Shown here piece by piece: positions 1 through 9,402 of a stretch of 58,592 nt of DNA (within the stretch, counting starts at the first letter, position 1; each line of letters starts with the position of its first letter). The notes below the pieces were generated by a model. The model was given only the letters and a program-made list of their open reading frames with translations. It made no database searches and was not told the DNA's origin. The translations under genes and the position numbers were made by a program. Origin of the DNA: a virus (Duplodnaviria; Caudoviricetes); IMG/VR virus record IMGVR_UViG_3300049011_000013, positions 1-58,592 of that record. One strand, written 5' to 3'.

Positions 1-160
1 GCCTTGTGGGCGGCGTCCTAGTAGGTACTGCTTGAATTTTCTCGGTGGTAGGCTATCTGATGCGTTAAGGGTTCGCCATGCCCAAGCTACCCGCTGCCTC
101 TAGGGCCTGTTGCACGGTAAGTCGCCTTCACAACTGCCGAGCATCACTCGGCATGATTCT

Positions 161-403
161 TTATTTGCCTTCAGGGCGCTTGCTCAAGCCTTGCGCGGCG
201 AGCACTTCCGCGAGGTCGTCAACGTGCAAGCAATCCACCATGCACGCATAATCATTCGAGGCTTGGACGACAGCGATACTGCCGTTGCAGTAGTCATTGC
301 CAGGCACGGCGCTATGCAGCACGCCGTACGAAACAACCTTGCCGCCTTCGAGCTTCACGATTTTGTCGCCATTCTTTGCCTCGCGGCCATTTCTGTAGTG
401 CAT
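161..403 (-). CDS. conserved phage hypothetical protein
   Basis: ORF MHYRNGREAKNGDKIV...; AAGGAA ribosome-binding site upstream; same strand as the early operon. Confidence 0.6.
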   Translation of the reverse strand: MHYRNGREAKNGDKIVKLEGGKVVSYGVLHSAVPGNDYCNGSIAVVQASNDYACMVDCLHVDDLAEVLAAQGLSKRPEGK

Positions 404-558
404 GGTGATTTCCTTATTCTCTATCTGAATCAATCATCTGTTGAAACGCCCGCACAGTCTCAGTGTCGAACTGCTCAAGCACCTCGCGCTGATCGGGCGC
501 GGCGTCATCTTCAATCTCGCGGACGGCTTTCGCTGCCGAACGGTTCAGGAGGCGCACG

Positions 559-705
559 TTAGTGGCGGGGCTTTTCGTCATGGATCAGTTTCCAGCCAAG
601 CTGCTCCCGAATGCGCTCAGGCGTTGGCGGCGGGGTCTTCGCGGCTACCTCGCGGCGCATCCAGTCACGCACAGCCTGCGGTGAGGGTTTCGTGGTCTGG
701 TACAT
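559..705 (-). CDS. small hypothetical protein (MYQTTKPSPQAVRDW...PPPTPERIREQLGW)
   Basis: GAGG RBS before the ATG at 705; compact, phage-like composition. Confidence 0.5.
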   Translation of the reverse strand: MYQTTKPSPQAVRDWMRREVAAKTPPPTPERIREQLGWKLIHDEKPRH

Positions 706-734
706 GGCGGCCTCGCGGGGTGGCGCAACAATGC

Positions 735-759
735 AAAAACCCCGCACTTGGCGGGGTTC
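735..759 (-). terminator. intrinsic terminator
   Basis: AACCCCGC-loop-GCGGGGTT stem with a T-run on the minus strand. Confidence 0.6.
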
Positions 760-1370
760 TGTGTTCGTCCTCGATATCTTCGAGGTACTACGTATGTGCG
801 AGCGGCGGGCCTCTTTTGTTGGCTTGCACTACTCTGGAATCCTTGGCATCGCGGCTTACACCGAACGAATCGCGGAAGATTTGACTGCAACGCCCATTAT
901 AAGGACTTGGCGATAAAATGGTTGCGCCCGCGCGAGATTATTTTTCGCCACGTAGGTCGGTCCGCGCCACATCATCACCCAGCCGCTACCACCACAAGCG
1001 ATGCACGGCGCATGAAAGAACGGCGGCGGGCGGTCTTCCCCAACAACTGGCGGCTCCCAGTTGGCATCACCAGACCCGCCACAGACTTGGCACGACTCCA
1101 CAACGCGGCTAAGGCTCAAGGCACAGCGCCCCAATGGCGGCTTTGAATTTGTCGAATTTGGCGCTCACGGGGTCGCCTCCTTAGTCGAAATCGTGTGGCC
1201 ACAACGAGTGCACGTATCGCCATGGTACGTTGACGGCTTGGAGGCATTGATAATTCTACTCGCGTCACGCCCATCAATGACGTGCTGCAACTTGGTCACA
1301 GTAGGCTGACCAGCGGAATATCTTCCTTGGTAATTATGTCCGAACAGAAGCCCGGCTAATCCGATGCATT

Positions 1371-1577
1371 TCACTGCCATGGGTCCACCTCAGCCTTAAC
1401 CGTAGTCACCCACAGCCTATTCGGCTGACCGACTGGTGAATGCTTGATAAAGTCAATTTGTAGCCCGCTGGCGCGCATGCCGGTGCGTCCCTCGAATTCA
1501 TCAAGCGCCGCTGTAATTGATTGCTTTACTTGCGCCTCCATCTGAATCTTCGCGGTGCGGATTTCGTCTAGGGTCAT
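1371..1577 (-). CDS. hypothetical protein
   Basis: ATGA overlap with the upstream ORF. Confidence 0.55.
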   Translation of the reverse strand: MTLDEIRTAKIQMEAQVKQSITAALDEFEGRTGMRASGLQIDFIKHSPVGQPNRLWVTTVKAEVDPWQ

Positions 1578-1903
1578 GGCATTTGCTTTCCTATTTCAGC
1601 GGCGGCGCGGACGACAATGCGGCACCAAGCGGCGTCGCGGTCATCATTCACCACGAGTTCGCGGATTGATAATGGCTTGGCTGTCTCGTTGAATCTGGTA
1701 TCTAGCCAAACCTCGTTTCGGTCGCTGGTGATGTGGAAGCCCAGTTTCAAAGCGATGTGCCTGGATTCGATCTTATCGGTGAGCGGGTTCCAGAATACCC
1801 ATTGACCATCGGCGCCCATGTACATCGCTTGCGCCGCCGCGCCATTGAGTTGGAGTCCAACCGCCTTCGCGGCCAGCCTCAGTAGTTCGCGGTCGGCACT
1901 CAC
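1574..1903 (-). CDS. phage hypothetical protein, paralog of 26639-26956
   Basis: DRELLxLAAKA...W(N/S)PLTD...IVRAAAEIG motifs shared with 26639-26956. Confidence 0.7.
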   Translation of the reverse strand: MSADRELLRLAAKAVGLQLNGAAAQAMYMGADGQWVFWNPLTDKIESRHIALKLGFHITSDRNEVWLDTRFNETAKPLSIRELVVNDDRDAAWCRIVVRAAAEIGKQMP

Positions 1904-2082
1904 TTAAACACCGCCGCCAAGCCCCAAGTAATCGAAATCACAGCCAGCGCCGGGACCATGCACATGATCCATGCAAGGGTGCCGACAAAGCCGTCATCCT
2001 TGCGGCAGTACCAAATTGGCCAGTACAGGGCGAGTGCGGTGATGATGGTGGGGATGGTCCACCAGGTGAAATGAATTGTCAT
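1900..2082 (-). CDS. small membrane protein
   Basis: two hydrophobic segments; translational coupling on both sides. Confidence 0.55.
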   Translation of the reverse strand: MTIHFTWWTIPTIITALALYWPIWYCRKDDGFVGTLAWIMCMVPALAVISITWGLAAVFK

Positions 2083-2375
2083 GTTGACCCCTCCGGCTTC
2101 AGGCCGAGGCCGCGCAAGTGAATGCTGATCGGGTCATCGTCCGGCAGTTCCAACCCCTTGCTCGGCGTAGCTCGGACCGCAGCAGGGTCGAGGAACTCGC
2201 CGATATCCTCGACCAACTTGCGCAGTTGGTCACGGGACAGGATGATTGTGCTGGTCTCGTTCTCTCCGCTACTGCGCACGGTTACGATCACGTCGCGTGG
2301 GTCCGACACGCGCTCGCTAACGTTGATATAGGCCGGGAGTGGGCTGCGCGGTTCGGTGAAGGCGTGGATGGTCAT
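2079..2375 (-). CDS. hypothetical protein
   Basis: likely start MTIHAFTEP just after the upstream stop codon. Confidence 0.55.
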   Translation of the reverse strand: MTIHAFTEPRSPLPAYINVSERVSDPRDVIVTVRSSGENETSTIILSRDQLRKLVEDIGEFLDPAAVRATPSKGLELPDDDPISIHLRGLGLKPEGST

Positions 2376-2377
2376 AA

Positions 2378-2569
2378 TTAGAATTTCGGAAGGAGTGACC
2401 CAAGGCCCGCAGCGAACAGCATGTAGACCGCGCACAGGCCGCGATTGCTGCTGTCGCCAAAGTCAGCAATGTTGAAGCTCATGAAGACGAAACAGAAGGC
2501 GAGATAAACAATCGTCGCACCAATGGCCGCGCAAAGAACTTGGCTGATGTAGCCGGTAATCTTACTCAT
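2378..2569 (-). CDS. small membrane protein
   Basis: two hydrophobic helices; GGAGG RBS; ATGA overlap. Confidence 0.55.
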   Translation of the reverse strand: MSKITGYISQVLCAAIGATIVYLAFCFVFMSFNIADFGDSSNRGLCAVYMLFAAGLGSLLPKF

Positions 2570-3108
2570 ACTTCCCTCCTAAGCAGCGCATTTGCCGCGC
2601 CCGCGTGGCTCGATTCGAGCGCATGCAATTCTGATACGACATCGAGCACAAGGTTTCTTTCGTACCCGCTCACGCCAGTGATAAGCGCTTCACCAGTCCC
2701 GAAGCAGGCGGCACATGTGCGGCGGTCGGCGTTGACTTTGGAGCCGTGGCACTCGGAGCACTTGCCGTCCAACCAGTGGGCCAACGAGCGATCGGCAACC
2801 CGCTTGTACAGCGGCGGGCCGAGCGTGGCTTCTTGGTACGCATCGCCACGAATCCATTTCCGATCCCTGCCCTTCTGCGCCACAATCTCATGCCACCGCG
2901 TCAGCAGCTTCGCCAGAGCTTGCGTATCGCCATCGTGCGCCTTGCGGTACACGTTGGCATTCTTCACGCGGGACAGGAGCGATCCGATTTCACGCGCGGC
3001 ACGGTCGGCATGGGCAGCGGCTTGAAGCGCTTCCGTCTGATGGTGGAATGAGTCGTCCATCAGGTTGGATGAATTCAAAGATCGAACGTAGCGGCTTGCG
3101 AAACTCAT
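2566..3108 (-). CDS. antitermination protein Q-like
   Basis: CxxC...CxxC zinc motif (KCSECHG...CAACFGTG) in a helical protein at the end of the early operon; AGGAG RBS. Confidence 0.6.
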   Translation of the reverse strand: MSFASRYVRSLNSSNLMDDSFHHQTEALQAAAHADRAAREIGSLLSRVKNANVYRKAHDGDTQALAKLLTRWHEIVAQKGRDRKWIRGDAYQEATLGPPLYKRVADRSLAHWLDGKCSECHGSKVNADRRTCAACFGTGEALITGVSGYERNLVLDVVSELHALESSHAGAANALLRREV

Positions 3109-3371
3109 CGGTTCTCCTAATTTCCCGAATTTTACCTGCCATATCGAAATAGTTTCACGGCCACGCGGACTTTATTTTTAGTCGCGCTCGTTCTTGCGAA
3201 GTGCTTTGCGTTTGGCTCGCGCCTTCTCGCGTTCCAGGCGCTCGGATTCAAACAGAACTGTTTCGGCGGGATCGCGGTAAGCCTCTTGCGGCAGGGCTTC
3301 GGTCTTTGGCTTGCCGGCGCGGTACAAGTGCACTTGGTACAGGTCGGCTTTGGTGAGGTCTTTTTCTTTCA

Positions 3372-3737
3372 TTACCAGCCGCCTTTCGGGCGCGGCGGCC
3401 ACTCTCGAAACCGCTCCACAATCGATCCATCCTGCAATCCAAGAAGCTCAATCGCATCTTTCTCGCACATACGAATCGGGCCGACAGCGAGATATGCTAG
3501 GCGCATCTTTTCAACTATCCGCTTACGCATATCGTCATAACAATTCATTACAAAGTCAGGCCCAACCTTTCGCGGTAGCTTCTTCTCCTTAATTTCGCGC
3601 TCCAGTTCATCCTGAACAATCCTTGCCCGCTCCATGAAGATGGGCCAAAGCCGCTCGATTTCGTTGACGGCCTTCTCGTAGGCCTGCCGGGCCTTAAGGT
3701 GGTCTACGTCGAGAATCATGCCGATTCTGTCGCTCAT
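3372..3737 (-). CDS. hypothetical protein
   Basis: coupled ORF in the early operon. Confidence 0.55.
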   Translation of the reverse strand: MSDRIGMILDVDHLKARQAYEKAVNEIERLWPIFMERARIVQDELEREIKEKKLPRKVGPDFVMNCYDDMRKRIVEKMRLAYLAVGPIRMCEKDAIELLGLQDGSIVERFREWPPRPKGGW

Positions 3738-4144
3738 TCGCCCTCCGTCGAAGTAAGTTTCATTTGCGCCACCATCTGCGCATCGCTCAAAAGCCCGATT
3801 TCCATGCTCGGCAACGAACTCAGGTACGTGCGAAGTGCTTTGCTGATCGCCCTATGCTCGCCGGTCGTCAGGTCAAGTAGCTCTGTCGGGCGCTCGCTTG
3901 CCTTCTTGAGCGCATAATAAGCGGCCATGACTTGGTCATAGAACGGGCGCGCTTTCTTCTGCTGCGCGATGTAACTGGCCATGATCAAGTGCAGAGCCAG
4001 ATGGTTCGCGCCTGCGTGCGGGCACTCGCCGCGCTTGGCTGCGTCCAGGTAGACCATCACTGGTAGCGCCACGGCCTCGGCATCATCCTTGCCGACCGTC
4101 TGCTTGCGGGCGAACACGTGGAGCGGATTGAATTTCACGGTCAT
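3734..4144 (-). CDS. phage hypothetical protein
   Basis: coupled ORF; helical, 136 aa. Confidence 0.6.
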   Translation of the reverse strand: MTVKFNPLHVFARKQTVGKDDAEAVALPVMVYLDAAKRGECPHAGANHLALHLIMASYIAQQKKARPFYDQVMAAYYALKKASERPTELLDLTTGEHRAISKALRTYLSSLPSMEIGLLSDAQMVAQMKLTSTEGE

Positions 4145-4343
4145 TGCGGACCTCCCGCCGATACATGCACGCCGTCAAAGCTCATGCCGAAATTAAGCCC
4201 GTCGCTATGCATCGTCATGCCCGCCATTCTGATCGACCCCGTTTCCAGGTGGTCGGCCAATTCGCGCAGCCTCTGAATTGCGTTCTTGGTATTTTCCTCG
4301 GCTTGCGCGATGTCCTTTTCAAACCGCTTCTTGGTGATGGTCA

Positions 4344-4688
4344 TTAAAATTCCTCCGTCTTCCAGCCGCCGCCAAGCTTCTTCGGCAACTGCTGCACTGC
4401 GATAAACCGGATCGGGTACATGTCGGCGGCGATCTTGATCTTCGCCCTTCCGTCGTCGGTCCAGAAACCTTTCACTTCGTGCGCCTCAAGCGCGCCGCTC
4501 GCCAGCATCACCGCAAAGTCGGGCGTGTAGAACGTGTTGTCCGCCAATCGGAACTTCATACCCTCGAAGCGATACCAAAGCACTTCGCCGTCATACTTTC
4601 GGCATTCGAGTGTGCTGGCGTACATCGCCTCGGTCTTATTCATGAAGCCGGTCTTGAGGCGGCCTAGCGCTTGGATTGATTTATGCAT
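4344..4688 (-). CDS. PD-(D/E)XK endonuclease (DUF1064-like)
   Basis: YTPDFAV...EAHEVKG catalytic motif. Confidence 0.75.
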   Translation of the reverse strand: MHKSIQALGRLKTGFMNKTEAMYASTLECRKYDGEVLWYRFEGMKFRLADNTFYTPDFAVMLASGALEAHEVKGFWTDDGRAKIKIAADMYPIRFIAVQQLPKKLGGGWKTEEF

Positions 4689-4796
4689 GGGAGCCTCGTA
4701 GCGGCGTTTGAATCAGCACGGATGAGGCGACATAGCCACCCATGCGTGCAAACGTGATGGCGGGGCCGCAGAATGCGCGGGCGGGGCTTTGGTGGT

Positions 4797-5441
4797 TCAT
4801 GCGGCACTCCGATCTGTTAGTTGTTCGACGCGCGCCACCTCGGATGCGGGTCGCATCGAAAGTGCCGCCGTTGCGCTGCCGCCGGCCATCACGCGCCGCG
4901 CAAGCTCTTGGTCGCCAACGAGCACAGGCGGGAGGCGTTGCATACCCTCTTTGCCGTTGTGCGCGTTTGCGAGGCCGATCAGAACCGGTAGGTATTCCGG
5001 CACCTCGCCGCGCATCTTGTAGCCCCGATAGCGGTTTTCAAAGTCGCGGGCAATGAACGGCCATTCGTCCTCGGTCTTCATCGCCAGCGACAGCCAGCCG
5101 CCCATGTCCACAAGAACGCGGTGAATGATCGAGTCATCGAAAACCACATCGGCGTAGCTGCCCACGCGGCGCACGGCGGTGTCAACCTTTGTCCAGGCAA
5201 TCGCGGCTTGGTCTGCGGTGCGCCCGATGAGCATCTTGGTCACGTCTGCGATCTTTGGCATCCACTGTCCGCTGTCCGGGTTCTGCGTGTGCTGCCAAAG
5301 CGCTTTCTCGACCGCCTCGATGTCGTACTGGCGCAGACCTTCCCAGTACAGGCCGATGACGCCGATTGAGATTTCCTTGGCGTAGTAGTCCGCGATGCCA
5401 GTCAGCAGCGTGACGAAGCGCTTCTTGTCGTTAGGTAGCAT
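4797..5441 (-). CDS. replication protein P-like / DUF6475-like helicase-loader partner
   Basis: directly follows the O-like gene; W-P-K-I-A-D N-terminal motif and FDD..IH.V...MGGW segment; start MLPNDKKRF. Confidence 0.6.
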   Translation of the reverse strand: MLPNDKKRFVTLLTGIADYYAKEISIGVIGLYWEGLRQYDIEAVEKALWQHTQNPDSGQWMPKIADVTKMLIGRTADQAAIAWTKVDTAVRRVGSYADVVFDDSIIHRVLVDMGGWLSLAMKTEDEWPFIARDFENRYRGYKMRGEVPEYLPVLIGLANAHNGKEGMQRLPPVLVGDQELARRVMAGGSATAALSMRPASEVARVEQLTDRSAA

Positions 5442-6303
5442 CGCCACCCTCCTGTAGCCAGCGCTTAGCCGCCGCCGCCGTGGCTTGGCCAGCCTTGCCG
5501 AGCACCCCGCCCCCGGCTCGATCAGGAATCGTCCAATCGCTTTCAAAGTGATTCCCTGGCCCGAAGAAGGTTGCCGGCTGCTTGATGAATTTCGATTCCG
5601 TCCCGTTGTGCGCCACGTACGCGGCGTAGCGGGTGACGCCATCGAGGATTAGCAGCGGGTCGATTCCGTCCTTGATGCGGGCATTCCAAGCCTTCAGGGA
5701 ATCGGCCTTGCTGGAACCGGGGCGCTTTGGGTACGCAGCCCACGCATCCGCGAAGATCAAATCGGAATCCGACAATTTATTCTGTTCCTGCTCTTGCTCC
5801 TGTTTCTGTTCTTGTTTCTGTTCTTGTTTCTGTTTCTGGCTTCGTAGGGGCTTAGAAGCCCCTTGCAAGGGGCTTGCCAATTCATCCTCATCTGGCAGGT
5901 GAAAAACGGAGCCGTAACGCTCAACGAACCCATACCAGCATTGGTTGCGTGGTATTTTTGATAGTTCGTTCCAGACCCCGGCGCAGCGCTTGTCCTTGCG
6001 CTCCATTTCCTCACCGATCTGGTAAGCGGCGAACTCGTGGACGAATATGTAGTCGCTCTCCTCCTCGTAGGTGCAAAAATCCGCTTCGATGGCGCTCGCA
6101 AGCCCCTTGGAAGCCCCTTCCAAGCTCAGCCCGGTATCTATGGCTATGTACGCGACAGGGCAGTGATACACCCCGATCATGTTGGCATGCGGGCTTGTCA
6201 TCAGGTACATGGCGACGATGGTTGCCTCCTGACCGGCCGCCTTGAGGGCTTTGCCGGTCTTCCCCGTCCAAAACTGCGGGGCCACTTTCGCGTAGTCACG
6301 CAT
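5431..6303 (-). CDS. phage replication initiator (O-like)
   Basis: MRDYAKVAPQFW N-terminus, HTH region, QKQE low-complexity linker, C-terminal F...W..YP...K...KAW...ATF domain. Confidence 0.75.
   Translation of the reverse strand: MRDYAKVAPQFWTGKTGKALKAAGQEATIVAMYLMTSPHANMIGVYHCPVAYIAIDTGLSLEGASKGLASAIEADFCTYEEESDYIFVHEFAAYQIGEEMERKDKRCAGVWNELSKIPRNQCWYGFVERYGSVFHLPDEDELASPLQGASKPLRSQKQKQEQKQEQKQEQEQEQNKLSDSDLIFADAWAAYPKRPGSSKADSLKAWNARIKDGIDPLLILDGVTRYAAYVAHNGTESKFIKQPATFFGPGNHFESDWTIPDRAGGGVLGKAGQATAAAAKRWLQEGGDAT
5781..6125. repeat. putative replication origin: AAGCCCC(T) iteron-like repeats plus a 12-bp tandem array
   Basis: GGGGCTTAGAAGCCCCTTGCAAGGGGCTT at 5847-5875; AAGCCCCTTGGAAGCCCCTT at 6100-6119; TTGTTTCTGTTC-type repeats at about 5781-5838, all inside the O-like gene as in lambdoid origins. 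Confidence 0.55.
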
Positions 6304-6730
6304 TCGACCCCTCCACCTGATTAACCCGCATCCCCACAAACAGCGCCGACGCCCAGCCCTGCGGCCTCTTGGCGGCTTTATTCGCCCGGTCCCGCGCCCT
6401 TACCCTTGCCAGGTATAGCGCGTGCCGTACCGGGTCTTTCTTGATGCGCTCACGGAAGCCGCGATTTTCCTCGACGCGGGTTAGTGGGATTGGTCGTGGC
6501 TTGCTCTCGCCAGTGCCCCACAGGTACACAGCGGCCAGCGTATGGGCGTTGCGGCGCCAGTCGATAATGTGGACGCGGCCTTGGTCAAGCAGGTAGCGCG
6601 TGTACTGGTTGCCCGATACGCGGTTCATGTAGATTGCATCGGAAATCTCGTTGGCGGTCATGCCACGGTCGGCAATGGCCGCTTTGATGGCCTCGATGCG
6701 GCGCTTGGTACGGATGTCGGATTCGTTCAT
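6296..6730 (-). CDS. winged-HTH hypothetical protein
   Basis: MTANEISDAIYMNRVSGNQYTRYL HTH-like segment. Confidence 0.55.
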   Translation of the reverse strand: MNESDIRTKRRIEAIKAAIADRGMTANEISDAIYMNRVSGNQYTRYLLDQGRVHIIDWRRNAHTLAAVYLWGTGESKPRPIPLTRVEENRGFRERIKKDPVRHALYLARVRARDRANKAAKRPQGWASALFVGMRVNQVEGSNA

Positions 6731-6945
6731 TGCGCCTCCAATGTGTATTGGGCGACGCGAGATTTTCCGTGGACGCCGGCGACCTCGATCATGGTTGTGA
6801 TGATATTCATGCCGCTGTGGCGAAGCTCGTCCACGCGCGCGGCCAGACGGTTACACCCGAACCGGCTAAGGGCTTCCAGTGGCGTCAGCGGTGCGCCAGT
6901 GCGCAGATAGTCGGCTACTTGCTGGCATTGGGTTTTCGTTGTCAT
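6727..6945 (-). CDS. small HTH protein
   Basis: LTPLEAL..FGC.RLAARV.ELR..G..I.T motif typical of phage HTH proteins. Confidence 0.7.
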   Translation of the reverse strand: MTTKTQCQQVADYLRTGAPLTPLEALSRFGCNRLAARVDELRHSGMNIITTMIEVAGVHGKSRVAQYTLEAQ

Positions 6946-7304
6946 GGAGCCTCCAAAAACATATCAACCGTTAATTCATCCTTAATCGGGATGGCGTGGC
7001 CCGCCTCAACAAACGAGTGACAACGCGGCTGCCCATCAGCGCCGTACTGCCAATCATCTGGATAGTTCGGGTCGTTGACGCTGAATGCGAAGGTTCGCGC
7101 GATGATGTCGCAGACTTGGTTGTCGTCACACTCTTCGAGCGGCAGGCCTTTCATCATTCCATGGTCGCGCTCGCACTGGCCGCACCAACTCTCGATGAAT
7201 AGTTCGCCCTCGGTTCCGTTTCCCGGACGGTATTTAGCCCCGGCGCGCTCGATGTTCATTGCGGCCAAAGAATCCGGGTAGATGCGAATAGTGACCGCGC
7301 TCAT
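6942..7304 (-). CDS. Cys-rich hypothetical protein
   Basis: YRPGNGTEG..F...WC..C motif; coupled ORF. Confidence 0.65.
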   Translation of the reverse strand: MSAVTIRIYPDSLAAMNIERAGAKYRPGNGTEGELFIESWCGQCERDHGMMKGLPLEECDDNQVCDIIARTFAFSVNDPNYPDDWQYGADGQPRCHSFVEAGHAIPIKDELTVDMFLEAP

Positions 7305-8005
7305 GGAGCCTCCGAGAATGCGTCGAGTTGGATTTGCTTTGGGATGTCTGGCGCGAATAGCGCTACTTGGCTGTACGCCTCAGCGATGCGCTCACAGGCC
7401 GCCGCGAAGTAGTGGCCATCCAGTTCGCATCCAACAAACTCGCAGCCGTATTCATTCGCGGCGATGGCGCTTGAGCCGCTACCGAGGTGTGTGTCGAGGA
7501 TGCGTTGGCCCGGCTTAGCGTAGGTCGCCAGCAGGCATTGGTAGAGTTTCACCGGCTTTTGCGTTGGGTGGATTCGCGAGTCCTGCAGCGGCGACATAGA
7601 GAATTTCTTTGCAGTCGTGCCGAATGATGTCCAGGCAAGTTCAACGGCGGCAAAACTGACCTCATTCGAGAACAGCTTGTCCCACACGATCCAGCACGGC
7701 GAACGGCGCGGAAGCATATCGATGAAGTGATTTGCACCCCATACGATCTGGTTCACACTTACGCGGCGAACCTCGTCAAAGTAGGCCTGCTCGGGCGGTG
7801 ATGAGTCCCAATCTCCCATCTTGTACTCGGCGCGCTTATTGCCTTTGCGGCGACCCATGCCGGCCTTGTTGTCACCAATATTGATCCCATAAGGCGGGTC
7901 AACTATGGCTAGATCGAATGACTTATCTGCGCACGTCTTGAGGTAGTCCATGCAGTCACAGTTCAACATGGTAGCCCCCCCCACAATGATTCTGTTGTCG
8001 GTCAT
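7301..8005 (-). CDS. DNA amino-methyltransferase (N6-A/N4-C, beta class)
   Basis: DPPY, HPTQKP and LDTHLGSGS motifs. Confidence 0.9.
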   Translation of the reverse strand: MTDNRIIVGGATMLNCDCMDYLKTCADKSFDLAIVDPPYGINIGDNKAGMGRRKGNKRAEYKMGDWDSSPPEQAYFDEVRRVSVNQIVWGANHFIDMLPRRSPCWIVWDKLFSNEVSFAAVELAWTSFGTTAKKFSMSPLQDSRIHPTQKPVKLYQCLLATYAKPGQRILDTHLGSGSSAIAANEYGCEFVGCELDGHYFAAACERIAEAYSQVALFAPDIPKQIQLDAFSEAP

Positions 8006-8673
8006 AAGGCCTCCAAAAACGCATCAAGCTGCACTTGTTTCGGCGGCGCAGGCGCGAATAACTGGCCCTGTGCGACGGCTTGCTCGATGCGCTTGCAGGC
8101 GATGTCGAAATACTTCGGGTCGCGCTCAATGCCGATGAATTCGCATCCAGCCTCGATTGCCGCTACGCCGGTAGTTCCGCTTCCCATGTACGGGTCAAAT
8201 ACGGTACCGGACGCCCTCACTACTTGGAGCGTCCATGCCATGATTGGCAATGGTTTCTCTGATGGATGCCCGTGCAAGACTCGGCCTACTGGATGGCTTT
8301 TTCGCTTCGTATTAGCGTCAAGGCTGGTCCACGCCAATTCACAGTCGGCCATCGTTGGTACCGCGTTTTGCTTGTCCCATACGAGCCAGCAGCGGGTTGG
8401 TGGCAGTCCGTAATAGTTCCCGCCCCAGAACACGCACGTATCGGCCAGCGCCGCCAGCGAGAGCAGGAAATCGACGGTCGGCGGAGCGTTGTCCCAAACG
8501 ACCATTTCCTTAAATTCTTGTTTGGCGCCCCAGGTGCCACCCTGCATGCGCTTTCCAAGGCCATAAGGAGGATCGGAAATTACGGCGTCTACTTTGCCAA
8601 TGAGCGGCAGCACATCCTTGCAATCAGCGCGATACATCGTGCCCCCCCCTATAACTACCTTTTCAATAGTCAT
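8002..8673 (-). CDS. DNA amino-methyltransferase (N6-A/N4-C, beta class)
   Basis: DPPY, HPSEKP and DPYMGSGTT motifs. Confidence 0.9.
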   Translation of the reverse strand: MTIEKVVIGGGTMYRADCKDVLPLIGKVDAVISDPPYGLGKRMQGGTWGAKQEFKEMVVWDNAPPTVDFLLSLAALADTCVFWGGNYYGLPPTRCWLVWDKQNAVPTMADCELAWTSLDANTKRKSHPVGRVLHGHPSEKPLPIMAWTLQVVRASGTVFDPYMGSGTTGVAAIEAGCEFIGIERDPKYFDIACKRIEQAVAQGQLFAPAPPKQVQLDAFLEAL

Positions 8674-8764
8674 AACCGCACCTCTGCTATCATTTCTTTA
8701 CTCATAACTTCCCCTGAGGTTTTGACAGGATCTCGGTCGGGTGCAACCTTCCGAGGTCCGACTT

Positions 8765-9124
8765 TTAATATCGCGGCAGGTTTTGCTGCATCTGGTACAC
8801 CGTTTGCTGAATCGCGCCGCCCAGCATGTTGTGAAGAATTGCCCCGGCGTTTTCGGTGATGAGTTTGGTGACGGCCTCGCTCGCGCCGCTCCCAGTGAAT
8901 TGGTTGTAGACGGGCCTGTACTCAGGCTTGCTGAATTCCACTTTGATCGCCTCAGCCATTTGCTTCGTGATCTCGGTCTTGATCAGTTCCGGCAGCGTGT
9001 GGCGCTGAAAGTGCGCGACCTGTTCCGCAACCATCTTGGCGAGGTCCTCTTCCGGCACGAGGTCTGCAATGGTTTCAGCGATGCGCTCTTGGACGCGCTG
9101 TTGAAAGGTGGTGATGTTGCTCAT
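8765..9124 (-). CDS. hypothetical protein
   Basis: AGGAG RBS; helical ORF. Confidence 0.6.
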   Translation of the reverse strand: MSNITTFQQRVQERIAETIADLVPEEDLAKMVAEQVAHFQRHTLPELIKTEITKQMAEAIKVEFSKPEYRPVYNQFTGSGASEAVTKLITENAGAILHNMLGGAIQQTVYQMQQNLPRY

Positions 9125-9402
9125 GCCGTATCTCCTTGAGGTGCTTTCATGCCTTTGATGTTGCCGAGTTTGCCGTTTGCTGTTTCCAGGCGTAGGCGAG
9201 CCTGTCCAACTTCACTTTCGGCACTCGACATTAGGAACGCGTGCGCCTCATCCCAGGAATCGTGATATGCGGCGTAGGAACCGACTTTGGCGCAGCGAGT
9301 AGTTCCAATGAAAACTGAGGTTTTTGTTTCGCGATCAACTGCAACTTGCTCAATTCGATTCCTTGAGAAGTTGGTTTTGTACTTTCTGATTGGTGCGCTC
9401 AT
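9121..9402 (-). CDS. hypothetical protein, paralog of 10255-10548
   Basis: shared ET...YH(D/E)SW..AHA.L...AE motif. Confidence 0.65.
   Translation of the reverse strand: MSAPIRKYKTNFSRNRIEQVAVDRETKTSVFIGTTRCAKVGSYAAYHDSWDEAHAFLMSSAESEVGQARLRLETANGKLGNIKGMKAPQGDTA

Noticed and set aside
1-160. terminal repeat or cos site and terminase-associated HNH
   Set aside because: No overlap with the window end and no HNH ORF here, so completeness and packaging ends cannot be established.
856-1134. DnaJ-like zinc-finger gene (CQVCGGSG...CIACGGSG)
   Set aside because: The motifs are suggestive but the start is unclear (TTG, no RBS); too weak to call.
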